Positions 47,399 through 56,919 of a DNA stretch of 64,000 nucleotides are shown piece by piece. The stretch spans positions 2,560,001-2,624,000 of the forward strand of contig OY762964.1 of assembly GCA_963667035.1 (NCBI GenBank). Direction: 5' to 3'. The notes beneath the pieces are model-generated. The model did not search any database. It was not told the DNA's origin and worked only from the letters and a program-made list of their open reading frames with translations. The position numbers and the translations under genes were made by a program. Positions within the stretch are counted from its first letter, which is position 1, and each line of letters begins with the position of its first letter. The stretch is from Candidatus Cloacimonadales bacterium. GTDB lineage: Bacteria > Cloacimonadota > Cloacimonadia > Cloacimonadales > JAFGVF01.

Positions 47399-48262
47399 TT
47401 ATAGCAATTTAAATAAATCAAAATCTTCATCTACATGATTGATTCTAATATATCTATCCTTATCACATAAATCCTGAAAAATGTCAATATCTGTAAATCC
47501 ATTCTTTTCGGCAAGCTTCACAATGTCCAATGCTTGTTCTTCTCCAATCTCAAAGTAAATCACTCCTGAATCCGAGAGGTAATCTCGTGATTTTTCAATA
47601 ATCCTGTCATAGAATAACAATCCGCTTTCTTCTGCCAATAAAGCATTTTCAGGTTCATAATCCCTTACTTCCATAGGTAATTCGTCATAATCGGATTTCT
47701 TAATATAAGGAGGATTAGAAACTATAAGATCAAATCCGGACTCATCAATTGGAAAAAGGTCTGCAACACAAAAAGTGATTTCAACATGATTAATCTCGGC
47801 ATTCTTTTTAGCAATATTAATGGCTTCTTTCGAAATATCGGTTGCGTAAACACTAGCTCCAGGATACAATTTCTTAAGTGAAATTGCAATAGCTCCGGAA
47901 CCTGTTCCAATATCCAATATCTTTCCGGGTTGCAAGGAATCATTCTTAATATAATCAACGAGTAATTCTGTTTCCGGTCTTGGTATCAAAACTTCAGGTG
48001 TTACAATGATATGATAATCAAGAAACTCTGTGTAACCGATTATGTATTGAATAGGTTCATGTTTCGCTCGACGTTCTATATACTCAAAGAATAACTTCTC
48101 TTTATCGGGAAAGATTGGGTCAAAACAATGAGAGTGCAATTCCAGTCGTTTAATACCGACAACATGCTCAAGTAATAATTCCGCTTCAAGAAACGGGTTA
48201 TCGGTTTTGGCCTCTTCAAGTTTACTAATACCAATATTCAGTGTTTCAATAATATTTTGCAT
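47399..48262 (-). CDS. prmC: Release factor glutamine methyltransferase
   Basis: EPIQYIIG, VLIPRPETE, LDIGTGSGAI, SNPPY, FEIG. Confidence 0.95.
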   Translation of the reverse strand: MQNIIETLNIGISKLEEAKTDNPFLEAELLLEHVVGIKRLELHSHCFDPIFPDKEKLFFEYIERRAKHEPIQYIIGYTEFLDYHIIVTPEVLIPRPETELLVDYIKNDSLQPGKILDIGTGSGAIAISLKKLYPGASVYATDISKEAINIAKKNAEINHVEITFCVADLFPIDESGFDLIVSNPPYIKKSDYDELPMEVRDYEPENALLAEESGLLFYDRIIEKSRDYLSDSGVIYFEIGEEQALDIVKLAEKNGFTDIDIFQDLCDKDRYIRINHVDEDFDLFKLL

Positions 48263-48478
48263 AAGAAATCAGAATCAAAATCCTATATTATTGGCAAGAG
48301 TTTTTATATGTTTTAATTGCAAAAGAATTGTCTCCCCCCTATTTCTATCCAATATTGTAAACACAAAATTTAGTTTCGTTTTCCCATTCTCAATACAGGA
48401 TACTTTTAAGGGTTACCTCCCAATATTTAGGACGATGTAAGGGCGATGTAATCACTCCTTTTGCTCGTCCACCAACCA

Positions 48479-48590
48479 CAGGTTTCTCTCGGGTTAGTCG
48501 CCCGTTGGTCTCCCGTTGCTCTCCCGTTGCTCGCAACGAGATAGAAACCGGAGAAAAATGGGAGAAAAATTCCCGACAAATCGGTAATTG
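48479..48590. repeat. Inverted array of 11-bp-spaced CCCGTT/AACGGG-like units
   Basis: Core starts at 48479, 48490, 48501, 48512, 48523, then 48535, 48546, 48557, 48568, 48579; centre CGTTG-CTCG-CAACG. Confidence 0.7.
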
Positions 48591-48710
48591 GAAGTATTCC
48601 AGAAGGGCAATAAAAAGAAGAAATTATTGATAAGATTATAGATGGGAGTAAAAACAGATTTTAGGAAGATGTGTTTGAATCATATTCGAGATTATGTTAA
48701 TGATATAAGA

Positions 48711-48738
48711 AAGCCTGCTGAAATTAATCAACAGGCTT
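48711..48738 (-). terminator. Probable terminator of the 48768-53699 gene
   Basis: AAGCCTG.TGA-N6-TCA.CAGGCTT. Confidence 0.6.
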
Positions 48739-48767
48739 ATTTTTATGTATGCGATTTATTGTGCGAA

Positions 48768-51700
48768 TTACTTCATAAGTATCATTTTCTTTGACGATGA
48801 ATAATCTTGAGTATCAAGTCTGTAGAAATAGATACCTGAGGCGACACTAGAGCCATTATCAGAAGTACCATTCCATACAACACTATGATTACCCTGTGAG
48901 AGAGAAGTATTCAAAAGAGTTCTGACTTTCTGACCTTTAAGGTTGAAAATAGTTAACTGAACATCTCCTCTTTCTTTAAGACTGAAGTTAATGTTAGTTT
49001 CCGGGTTGAATGGATTCGGATAGTTTCCTTTGAGCATTGTAACGTTAACAACTGAGTGTTGGTTATCGTTAGCTGAAGCAAAATCCAAATCATTCATGTC
49101 TCTTGAAACTATAAAGTCACCTTCACTTCTTGTAGCCAGAATACCAATAATATCACCTTGTTCTACGGGAACAGGCATTCCAATATAGTTTACATCATAG
49201 AAATTTGTTCTGAAATCGAAAGAGTTAGTTCCATCAGAGAAAGGATATACTGTTCCGTTTTCAAAGTTACCGGTAGCATTTGTGAAATTAACATTATTGA
49301 TTCTTACAAGACGAGCTTCATAAGCCTCAAAGTCACTTGTTATATCACCAATAGTAGCAACAACAGGATCAACTGAATTTCCACTTGATGATGTAGCGAC
49401 ATCTGAAGTTGGTATAAATTGAAGCATACCGTCATATTCGCTTAAATAACCGACAAGGTTAGTAATACCATCCCCAACGGCAAAAGTAGAAGTTAAAACA
49501 CCATTATTGTCGTCTATAAGGACAGCACCGGTAGCATCCTGTATGAATTTTTGATTACGGAAGTCCTGCATAAAGGAAATGACAACTTCTCCGGTAACTA
49601 CAAAGTCACTGGCTTGACCAAATAATGCACGCATTGAAGCAATATCACTAACTTGAGCTGTTCCACCGTTTTCACTGTTCTCTTCTCCCGGTGTTCCACC
49701 GTCAGCAGCACTTGCTTGCCAACTGGTAGGAAGATCATTGTTCATTGAAGGATCGATAAGTTCAAGTGAAGGTCCAACACCATCAGCCTGAGCTGGCCAA
49801 CCATCAGTATCTGAATAAGCAACCGAGTCTACCAAAGTCATATTTGAATCGTAAAGATAGATAGTCTCACCACTGTTGCCAAGATTCCATGTATTAATAG
49901 CAAGAGCATCGAAATCAGGAGTAAATGGGAACGGTACAGCTTGCTCATCGTGGTCTATTGCTATTGTATAGAATCCGTGAGCCGTGATTGTTTGACTATC
50001 AGGTAATATTAACAAGTCATGATCCGGATTACCATCTAACATTGACCAACCACTGATACTGATATCAGTATCTGTAGTGTTATATAACTCAATCCATTCA
50101 TTATCAAAACTGGCAGAATTATACATAATCTCGTTAATTATAATATCCGGAGCAGGAGTATCGTCAACAACCATATCCCAATCTAATGTAGCTTGCTGCT
50201 CAGCTTGGATTGTTACATCTGCTGTTTGTGAGAAATAACCGTTAGCCAAACAAGTAACAGAGTAGTCACCTGCAAGCATATTCTCTAGCAAATATGAACC
50301 ATCAGCACCTGAAGTTGTGGAATAGTTACCTGTCTGGATAATTGCATCCTGAATTGGATTGCCTGTGTTAACATCAGTTACTAACCCTGCTAATGTACCA
50401 TATACATTACCGCTTGAAGGAGTAAAATCACTTAAAGCTCTAGCACAAATCTGGATAGTACCGTTATATTCAAAAGCAACAGCAACAATATCCATTGGAT
50501 CATTAGGTATAGTTGTGTCTATATAATCTACATCATAAAACTGGGTTCTGAAAACACATGATGCTGACCCGTCTGAAACATTATAGTTTGCACCTGAAGC
50601 AAAAGTACCTCCTGCATCAGCAAACAGAACATTGTTAACTTGGATTAACTCAGACTCATAAGAATCAAAGTTTGCAGATAAATCAGCTATAGAAATCTGG
50701 GCTGGAGTAATAGAATTTCCAGAGGAAATTGGAGCTCCCGGGTCAGCAGAAGGTATTAACTGTGTTAATCCATTATAATCGGAAAGATTGCCCATTAAGC
50801 CTGAAATTTCATCTCCTATTACATAAGCTGATGATATAACTCCGCTATTATCATCAATAAGTATTCCACCGGTTGCATCTTGGATATACTTTTGATTTCT
50901 ATATGATTGAGCAAAACTTACTATTGCAGAGCCTGTGTATTCATAAATAGTCTCGTCCTGCATTCCCAATCTTAAATCAGCGATTGTTGAAACCTGAATT
51001 ATTGAAGGGAAGTTGTATAAGGCTGATGTAATGATACTTGGGTTCATCCCATCACAATAAGCTCTTGCTCTAACTGTTGTTGTTGCAGTGATATTAATAG
51101 GTGTAGTGAATTGAGTACTGTTTTCGTCAGGATCAGTACCGTCAGTTGTATAATATACCACAGCACCGTCGGTAGCAGAAGATATAGTAACATTTACCGG
51201 ATCAGTAAATATTCCGGCTGCAGGATCAAAAGTAGGCATAGCACAAGTAGGCTCTCCTGAACCACCTGTAAATGTATGCATACCTAAATCGTCAAAGTAG
51301 TTAGCTTGCATAACAATCCATTGAGAATCATCTGTGCTACTTCCTGCACTAAGAGCCCAATTAGTTGTTCCTTCTCCTACAACAGGTTTACGAATTAATG
51401 TATGATTAATAGTTCCAGCTGTTTCACCTGCCACTGCCCAGGAAGTGCCCGGATCTTCTCCTTGAACACCAATGACATCAATCAATACTCCATTATGGAA
51501 TAAACCTAATGCATCATCACCATTAAAGTATGTGATACTGCTTGTTGCATCTGCAATAGCAAGAATAGGAGCATCCGAACTTCCATTAGCAATAACAAAC
51601 ACATCATTATGTGCAAGCATTGAGTCACCTGTGTAAGTGTTGTTCCAATCTCCACCATTTGAAGCTAACTTCACTTCATACTCAGATAAATCTACAGAAG

Positions 51701-53699
51701 CACCTGTTCCATTAAATATTTCGACAACCTTATTGTTACCACCATCACCTTCAACATATTCAGAGAAGAACAGTTCAGTAGCAAAATTCTCGTTGCCACC
51801 ACCAAGTTCTTCAAAATATGCTACCTGGTTCTCACCTATAGCAACAGCAAAATCATCATTACCTGCGATGTAAGTCATACGTACAGGATTAAAGGTAGTT
51901 TGTGGAAGAGTTTCTTGTGCCCAAGATTGACCGTTGTTAGTTGATTTAAGAATTGCCCAGTCAGTGCCATAGTTTCCTGCAATAGCACTATATCCTGCTG
52001 CATAAATATCACCTTCGGATGTTGCAAAAAGATGATTAACCTCATCGGTTGCCGATTCAGTTGATGCAGACCAATCGGAAGCACTGCTTCCACCATTTGA
52101 TGTATAATAGATATCACCATCGGCAGTAGTAATGATGCCTTCATTACTGCTAACAAAAAGAACATCTTTAATATCTGCTGTTCCTACAGTAATTGAAGTC
52201 CAGTTTACTCCACCATCGGTTGTTCTATAAAGAACTCCATCCTCTCCACCAAGAACAATGTTATTTTCATCGAAAATATGAACTCCATAGAGCTTAATGG
52301 AACTATTAATGCCACTATTTGCCATAACTGTCCAATTGGAACCACCGTCTGTAGTTTTTACATTCAAGTTTCCAGGACCAAAAGCAAAACCTACGTTATC
52401 ATTGATAAAATCAATTTCATAGTAACCAAGCGTACTTGATACACCTGCTATTTGTTGTGGAGTCCAGTTTGCACCGGCATCAGTGGTATGATAAATAACG
52501 CCATCTGTTCTACCTGAAACCCAACCTTCCATAGAATCCTTAAAATAACAAGAGTATAGAGTTCTAAGATTAGTGCCGGCCATTGGTGGGATGTATTCTC
52601 TTTCTAAGGTGTTTCCACCATCAGATGTTTTGATAAAGAATCCTTTATCACCAGCTCCAAACCAATGAGCACTATCAACAATAGACATGGAGTATAAATC
52701 AACTGCTGTTGTTGTTAACTCATCCCAGTTAGCTCCATTACTTGATCTAATAACTGAGCCATACCAACCAACAGCAAACAGTTCACCATTGCTATCATAA
52801 TCAACATTCTGTAAGTGGTAATTATAATCTGTATCTAATAATTGAGTTGTTGTCCAAGTATTATCTGTGTAGACAACTGTTCCATTCCAACCTATAGCAT
52901 ATCCTTCTGAACCATCCATAACAGCATCATACATTCTTGGTTCTCCTGAACCACCTGCTGTAGGATGATGAGTCCATGTCTGACCATTATCCGGACTGAA
53001 ACCTACATAACCATCATCTCCAAGCAAGATAACACTATCACCATATTGAACTACATTATAGAGAGTGGGATTGCCTGTTATAGTAAGATTAACAATTTGC
53101 CAATTCGCACCAAAGTCGGTAGTTTTAAGAACCTTTGATTGATCAGGAGAGCCATTATTACAAGTTATATATCCTGTACCTGTAGTATCCATGGACATTC
53201 CATACAACCAATCTGTTAAACCTGATGTCTGAGTAGTCCAAGTTTGACCAAAATCACTTGAATATACTATATATCCGTCATCACCTGCTGCCCAGATTTT
53301 TCCATCAGCATGATAAACTACTGTTTCAAGATCCACACCATTAACTAATGTTGCAACTTGTGAAGCAGTTGTCCAGTTTTGACCACCATCGGTTGTCAAT
53401 ATCAGAAGACCGTCTTCTCCTACAATAACACCGTTATTACTATTAATGAAATCTATATCGTTACCATCAATATAAGTACCTGTAGATTCATTATAGAGTG
53501 GTGAAGGTAAAAATTGGAATGATCCACCATTATTACCTGAATAACCTAAAGCTCCGTCTGAGCCTGTAAACCAAACTTCGTTTCCAATAATCTCAAGACC
53601 ATAGATATTAGCCGGGAACTCAGCTTGTCTGACAAGATCCCAAGCAAACATTGAAGAAATGAGAGCAAATAAACACAATAACACAATAAATCGTTTCAT
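48768..53699 (-). CDS. Giant secreted protein: YCF48/BNR beta-propeller repeats, two lamin-tail domains, chitobiase/FN3-like domain, two OB-fold-like domains, carboxypeptidase-regulatory-like domain, FlgD-Ig C-terminal domain
   Basis: Start reassigned to MKRFIV (GGAGG RBS). Many TTDGG.NW repeats; LFFSEYVEG..VEIFN and IIINEIMYN..EWIELYN; YYTTDGTDP; YIQDATGGILI and FIQDATGAVLI; GNYPNPFNPET..KKMILMK. Confidence 0.85.
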   Translation of the reverse strand: MKRFIVLLCLFALISSMFAWDLVRQAEFPANIYGLEIIGNEVWFTGSDGALGYSGNNGGSFQFLPSPLYNESTGTYIDGNDIDFINSNNGVIVGEDGLLILTTDGGQNWTTASQVATLVNGVDLETVVYHADGKIWAAGDDGYIVYSSDFGQTWTTQTSGLTDWLYGMSMDTTGTGYITCNNGSPDQSKVLKTTDFGANWQIVNLTITGNPTLYNVVQYGDSVILLGDDGYVGFSPDNGQTWTHHPTAGGSGEPRMYDAVMDGSEGYAIGWNGTVVYTDNTWTTTQLLDTDYNYHLQNVDYDSNGELFAVGWYGSVIRSSNGANWDELTTTAVDLYSMSIVDSAHWFGAGDKGFFIKTSDGGNTLEREYIPPMAGTNLRTLYSCYFKDSMEGWVSGRTDGVIYHTTDAGANWTPQQIAGVSSTLGYYEIDFINDNVGFAFGPGNLNVKTTDGGSNWTVMANSGINSSIKLYGVHIFDENNIVLGGEDGVLYRTTDGGVNWTSITVGTADIKDVLFVSSNEGIITTADGDIYYTSNGGSSASDWSASTESATDEVNHLFATSEGDIYAAGYSAIAGNYGTDWAILKSTNNGQSWAQETLPQTTFNPVRMTYIAGNDDFAVAIGENQVAYFEELGGGNENFATELFFSEYVEGDGGNNKVVEIFNGTGASVDLSEYEVKLASNGGDWNNTYTGDSMLAHNDVFVIANGSSDAPILAIADATSSITYFNGDDALGLFHNGVLIDVIGVQGEDPGTSWAVAGETAGTINHTLIRKPVVGEGTTNWALSAGSSTDDSQWIVMQANYFDDLGMHTFTGGSGEPTCAMPTFDPAAGIFTDPVNVTISSATDGAVVYYTTDGTDPDENSTQFTTPINITATTTVRARAYCDGMNPSIITSALYNFPSIIQVSTIADLRLGMQDETIYEYTGSAIVSFAQSYRNQKYIQDATGGILIDDNSGVISSAYVIGDEISGLMGNLSDYNGLTQLIPSADPGAPISSGNSITPAQISIADLSANFDSYESELIQVNNVLFADAGGTFASGANYNVSDGSASCVFRTQFYDVDYIDTTIPNDPMDIVAVAFEYNGTIQICARALSDFTPSSGNVYGTLAGLVTDVNTGNPIQDAIIQTGNYSTTSGADGSYLLENMLAGDYSVTCLANGYFSQTADVTIQAEQQATLDWDMVVDDTPAPDIIINEIMYNSASFDNEWIELYNTTDTDISISGWSMLDGNPDHDLLILPDSQTITAHGFYTIAIDHDEQAVPFPFTPDFDALAINTWNLGNSGETIYLYDSNMTLVDSVAYSDTDGWPAQADGVGPSLELIDPSMNNDLPTSWQASAADGGTPGEENSENGGTAQVSDIASMRALFGQASDFVVTGEVVISFMQDFRNQKFIQDATGAVLIDDNNGVLTSTFAVGDGITNLVGYLSEYDGMLQFIPTSDVATSSSGNSVDPVVATIGDITSDFEAYEARLVRINNVNFTNATGNFENGTVYPFSDGTNSFDFRTNFYDVNYIGMPVPVEQGDIIGILATRSEGDFIVSRDMNDLDFASANDNQHSVVNVTMLKGNYPNPFNPETNINFSLKERGDVQLTIFNLKGQKVRTLLNTSLSQGNHSVVWNGTSDNGSSVASGIYFYRLDTQDYSSSKKMILMK

Positions 53700-53824
53700 T
53701 ACTGCCTCCATAAGTTTTACTTTATATATGTTCGCAACATTCAATATTAAAACACAGGATTAATATGCAAGCAAAAAAAATTGGAAATAGTATTATTAAC
53801 GACTTCTTAAAACTGGTAATAATT

Positions 53825-53848
53825 AAAAAAGCCCCTCGATTGAGGGGC
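53825..53848 (-). terminator. Terminator after pilC
   Basis: GCCCCTC.AT.GAGGGGC followed by T6 on the minus strand. Confidence 0.8.
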
Positions 53849-53869
53849 AATATTTAAGCTGTATAGCTT

Positions 53870-55123
53870 CTATCTGAGTCCTTGTGACATGGCTTGACCT
53901 AAGTCGAACACAGGTAGATAAACAACAATAACCAATGTTCCAACTACTGCAGCCATTAACACAATAAGTAATGGTTCAATAAGAGAAGTAAGTCTCTCAA
54001 TAACCGAGTCAACTAACTTATCATAGAATTCAGCAGCTTTTTTAAGCAGTTTATCCATATCACCGGTTTCTTCACCAGTAGCAGTAAGCTGTAATAAAGT
54101 AGAAGGGAAAGCACCGGTTTTTCTAAAAGCACCGGCAACACTATATCCTTCTTTAACCATGATTCTGGAGCGTCTAACTGCAGACTCAACAACAGCGTTT
54201 TGTACAACATTCTCTGTTAACTCTAATACTTCCATGATTGGAACACCAGCAGTCATAAGAATAGAGAAAGTTCTAGCAAACTTACTCATAATACTGTTTT
54301 GAAGTAATGATCCAATAACAGGAATTTTTAGGAGTACGGAATCAATAATGAATCTTCCTCGGTCAGTCAAGCTTACTAAGAACACTCCAGCTATTACACC
54401 AAAAATCATCAGAATTGAGATAAAGATATTAGCTCTTATCCAATCAGATATATTTATAGCAACAACAGTAGGTCCTGGAAGTGAAGCATTGAAGTTTGAA
54501 TAAACTTCTGCAAACTTAGGAATAATCCAAACAAACATACCCCAAGCAACTATGAAAAGGAAAATAACAATGAAGATTGGGTAAGTCATAGCAGACATAA
54601 CCTTAGTTCTTGTATCTTCCATCTTCTCATAATAATCAGCAAGTTCAGAAAGAATAGTATGAAGAGTACCGGAAACTTCACCAGCTTTCACCAGAGATAC
54701 AAACAGCGGTTGGAATACACCGGGGTGCTGTTCCATAGCTTCTGAAAGAGAAAAACCTTTCTTAATATCATCTGATATTTTATGGAGAACCTTCTTAAAC
54801 TTCTTATTCTTTTCTTCTTTTTCAAGGTCTTGTATAGACTTCTCAATGGTAAGACCTGCTGATATCATTGTTGATAACTGTCGAGTAAAGAATACAATAG
54901 TTTTAAGAGAGACACCTGTTTTCCATTTATAGAAAGTCAGCATCAATTTGTCAAACATAGATAGTTTACCTTTAAATGCACCTTCAGAGGCACTTTTAAT
55001 GGTAATGATTGTACTTCCTTCTTTGCTTAACTTATCAACTGCTTCATCCATGGTGTTAGCTTTAATCACACCTTCTGTGCGAGCTCCCTTGGCATCTTTT
55101 ATAGTATATTGAAATGCAGGCAT
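53870..55123 (-). CDS. pilC: Type IV pilus/T2SS platform protein
   Basis: FFTRQLSTMISAG, GEVSGTL, AMTYP, GEETGDM, LIEP. Confidence 0.92.
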   Translation of the reverse strand: MPAFQYTIKDAKGARTEGVIKANTMDEAVDKLSKEGSTIITIKSASEGAFKGKLSMFDKLMLTFYKWKTGVSLKTIVFFTRQLSTMISAGLTIEKSIQDLEKEEKNKKFKKVLHKISDDIKKGFSLSEAMEQHPGVFQPLFVSLVKAGEVSGTLHTILSELADYYEKMEDTRTKVMSAMTYPIFIVIFLFIVAWGMFVWIIPKFAEVYSNFNASLPGPTVVAINISDWIRANIFISILMIFGVIAGVFLVSLTDRGRFIIDSVLLKIPVIGSLLQNSIMSKFARTFSILMTAGVPIMEVLELTENVVQNAVVESAVRRSRIMVKEGYSVAGAFRKTGAFPSTLLQLTATGEETGDMDKLLKKAAEFYDKLVDSVIERLTSLIEPLLIVLMAAVVGTLVIVVYLPVFDLGQAMSQGLR

Positions 55124-55143
55124 AATCTTACCTTTTTTCTTTA

Positions 55144-56853
55144 TTAATCATCAATAACTGTCATCTTGATTACTTCGCGAATTGTAGTTATCCCGCGTTT
55201 CATCTTGCTGACGGCAGCATCATGAAGTGTTCTCATACCTTTCTTGATTGCTAAATCTCTTATCTGATCCTGACTTGCTCCGTCAAAAATTAACTGACGT
55301 ATATCAGTATCAACTCTGAGTAGCTCAAAAATACCTGTACGACCAGAATAACCTGTGTTATCGCAATGTACGCAACCTGCACCGATTTTGAATTTGTACT
55401 CTGACAAATCTTCGCCTTCAAGACCAGCCTCAATAATTTCCTGTTCTGTTGGTGTATAATCGGTTTCACAGTGTTTGCAGACTTTTCTCATAAGTCTTTG
55501 AGCCATAACTAGACATAATGATGATCCAACCAAGAATGGTTTAATACCTATGTCAATTAAACGAGTCACTGTAGCTGGTGCATCATTAGCATGCAATGTT
55601 GAGAAAACAAGGTGACCGGTTAATGAGAACTTAATAGCGATATCAGCAGTTTCTTGGTCACGAATCTCACCAAGAAGAACTATATCAGGGTCTTGACGCA
55701 TCACAGATCTAAGTGCAGCCCCGAAAGTAAGACCAATCTGGGCCTTTGTCTCAATCTGACACACACCTTCAAGTCTATATTCAACAGGATCTTCAACAGT
55801 AACAATGTTGTTTTCTACTGAATATATAGTCTTCAAAGCAGCATGCAATGATGTTGATTTACCACTACCGGTAGGACCTGAAACAATGATAATTCCATAA
55901 GGTCTTTTGATAACCCTTTTGAATATTTCCATATCCTCTTCTTCAAAACCAAGAGTTGCAAGTTTGAATCCAAACTCACCTTTATCAAGAAGACGCATAA
56001 CAACTTTTTCACCTAAAACAGTAGGTGTCAAAGATACACGAACATCCATGCTCTTCATTTGAGTTTTAAGGGATATCTGACCATCCTGAGGAAGTCTTCT
56101 TTCTGCGATATTAAGCTTTGACATAACTTTAATGAGTGAAACAATACCGGAATGCATACCGATTGGTGGATTCATTACTTCACGTAATGAACCATCAATA
56201 CGGAAACGTACACGAGTATGCTTTGTCATGGGCTCAATATGAATATCAGTAGCCCCTGATTTTATAGCTTCAGTAAAAATTAAATTAGTAAGTTTTACTA
56301 CCGGTGCATCTGCATCCTTGCCACCTTCAATTGATATTTCGTTTTGATCTTCATCAACTTGAACGAAATCATAATTTCCAACAGCACTTTCTACTTCTGA
56401 GGTAGTTCTGATACTCTTATAATACTTTTCCAAAGCATCACTGAGAGTTGAGTCTCCAATAAGAATAGGTTTAATATTCATACCGGTTACTTTCTTTAAA
56501 CTATCCAGAACTTCGATATCTTCAGGGTCTGTCATTGCAACGATTAGACCATCAGGGTCTTCTCTAAAAGCAAGAACTCTTTTTTCGTATGCAAAAGCCT
56601 CTGGAATAACACCAACAGTTTTTACATCCAATTCAAGAAGCTGGTTTTCATCAACAACTGGATATTCCAGTTGCTGACTGAGTGCTTTCATTAATGCTTC
56701 TTCCTTAAGATATCCAAGTTTTATTAATGTTTCACCTATTTTTAGTCCGAAATTATTCTGCTTTATAAGGGCTTCTTTAAGTTCCTCATCTGTAATTGCT
56801 TGATTGTGAATTAACACCTCACCCAATCTAGCAAATTGTGGGTTAAAAGCCAT
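55144..56853 (-). CDS. pilB: Type IV pilus assembly ATPase (GspE/PilB)
   Basis: N-terminal RLGEVL (MshEN-like), TDIHIEP, ERRLPQDG, GPTGSGKST, EDPVE, RQDPD, GHLVFSTLH, CxxC zinc motifs. Confidence 0.94.
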   Translation of the reverse strand: MAFNPQFARLGEVLIHNQAITDEELKEALIKQNNFGLKIGETLIKLGYLKEEALMKALSQQLEYPVVDENQLLELDVKTVGVIPEAFAYEKRVLAFREDPDGLIVAMTDPEDIEVLDSLKKVTGMNIKPILIGDSTLSDALEKYYKSIRTTSEVESAVGNYDFVQVDEDQNEISIEGGKDADAPVVKLTNLIFTEAIKSGATDIHIEPMTKHTRVRFRIDGSLREVMNPPIGMHSGIVSLIKVMSKLNIAERRLPQDGQISLKTQMKSMDVRVSLTPTVLGEKVVMRLLDKGEFGFKLATLGFEEEDMEIFKRVIKRPYGIIIVSGPTGSGKSTSLHAALKTIYSVENNIVTVEDPVEYRLEGVCQIETKAQIGLTFGAALRSVMRQDPDIVLLGEIRDQETADIAIKFSLTGHLVFSTLHANDAPATVTRLIDIGIKPFLVGSSLCLVMAQRLMRKVCKHCETDYTPTEQEIIEAGLEGEDLSEYKFKIGAGCVHCDNTGYSGRTGIFELLRVDTDIRQLIFDGASQDQIRDLAIKKGMRTLHDAAVSKMKRGITTIREVIKMTVIDD

Positions 56854-56873
56854 ATTACATTCCTTTTTTTATT

Positions 56874-56908
56874 ATCAAGCGGGGTAAATAAATCTTACCC
56901 CACTTGAT
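56874..56908 (-). terminator. Hairpin between the Ig lipoprotein gene and pilB
   Basis: ATCAAGCGGGGTAA-N7-TTACCCCACTTGAT. Confidence 0.6.
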
Positions 56909-56919
56909 TTGTTTATAAA

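Noticed and set aside
34321..48590. The two short-repeat arrays as CRISPR arrays
   Set aside because: The unit is 11 bp with no 25-45-bp spacers, and no cas genes are present.
48675..48702. dif-like sequence TTGAATCATAT-TCGAGA-TTATGTTAATG
   Set aside because: The XerD-like arm is fair but the XerC arm is weak, the context is AT-rich, and gene orientation does not switch here.
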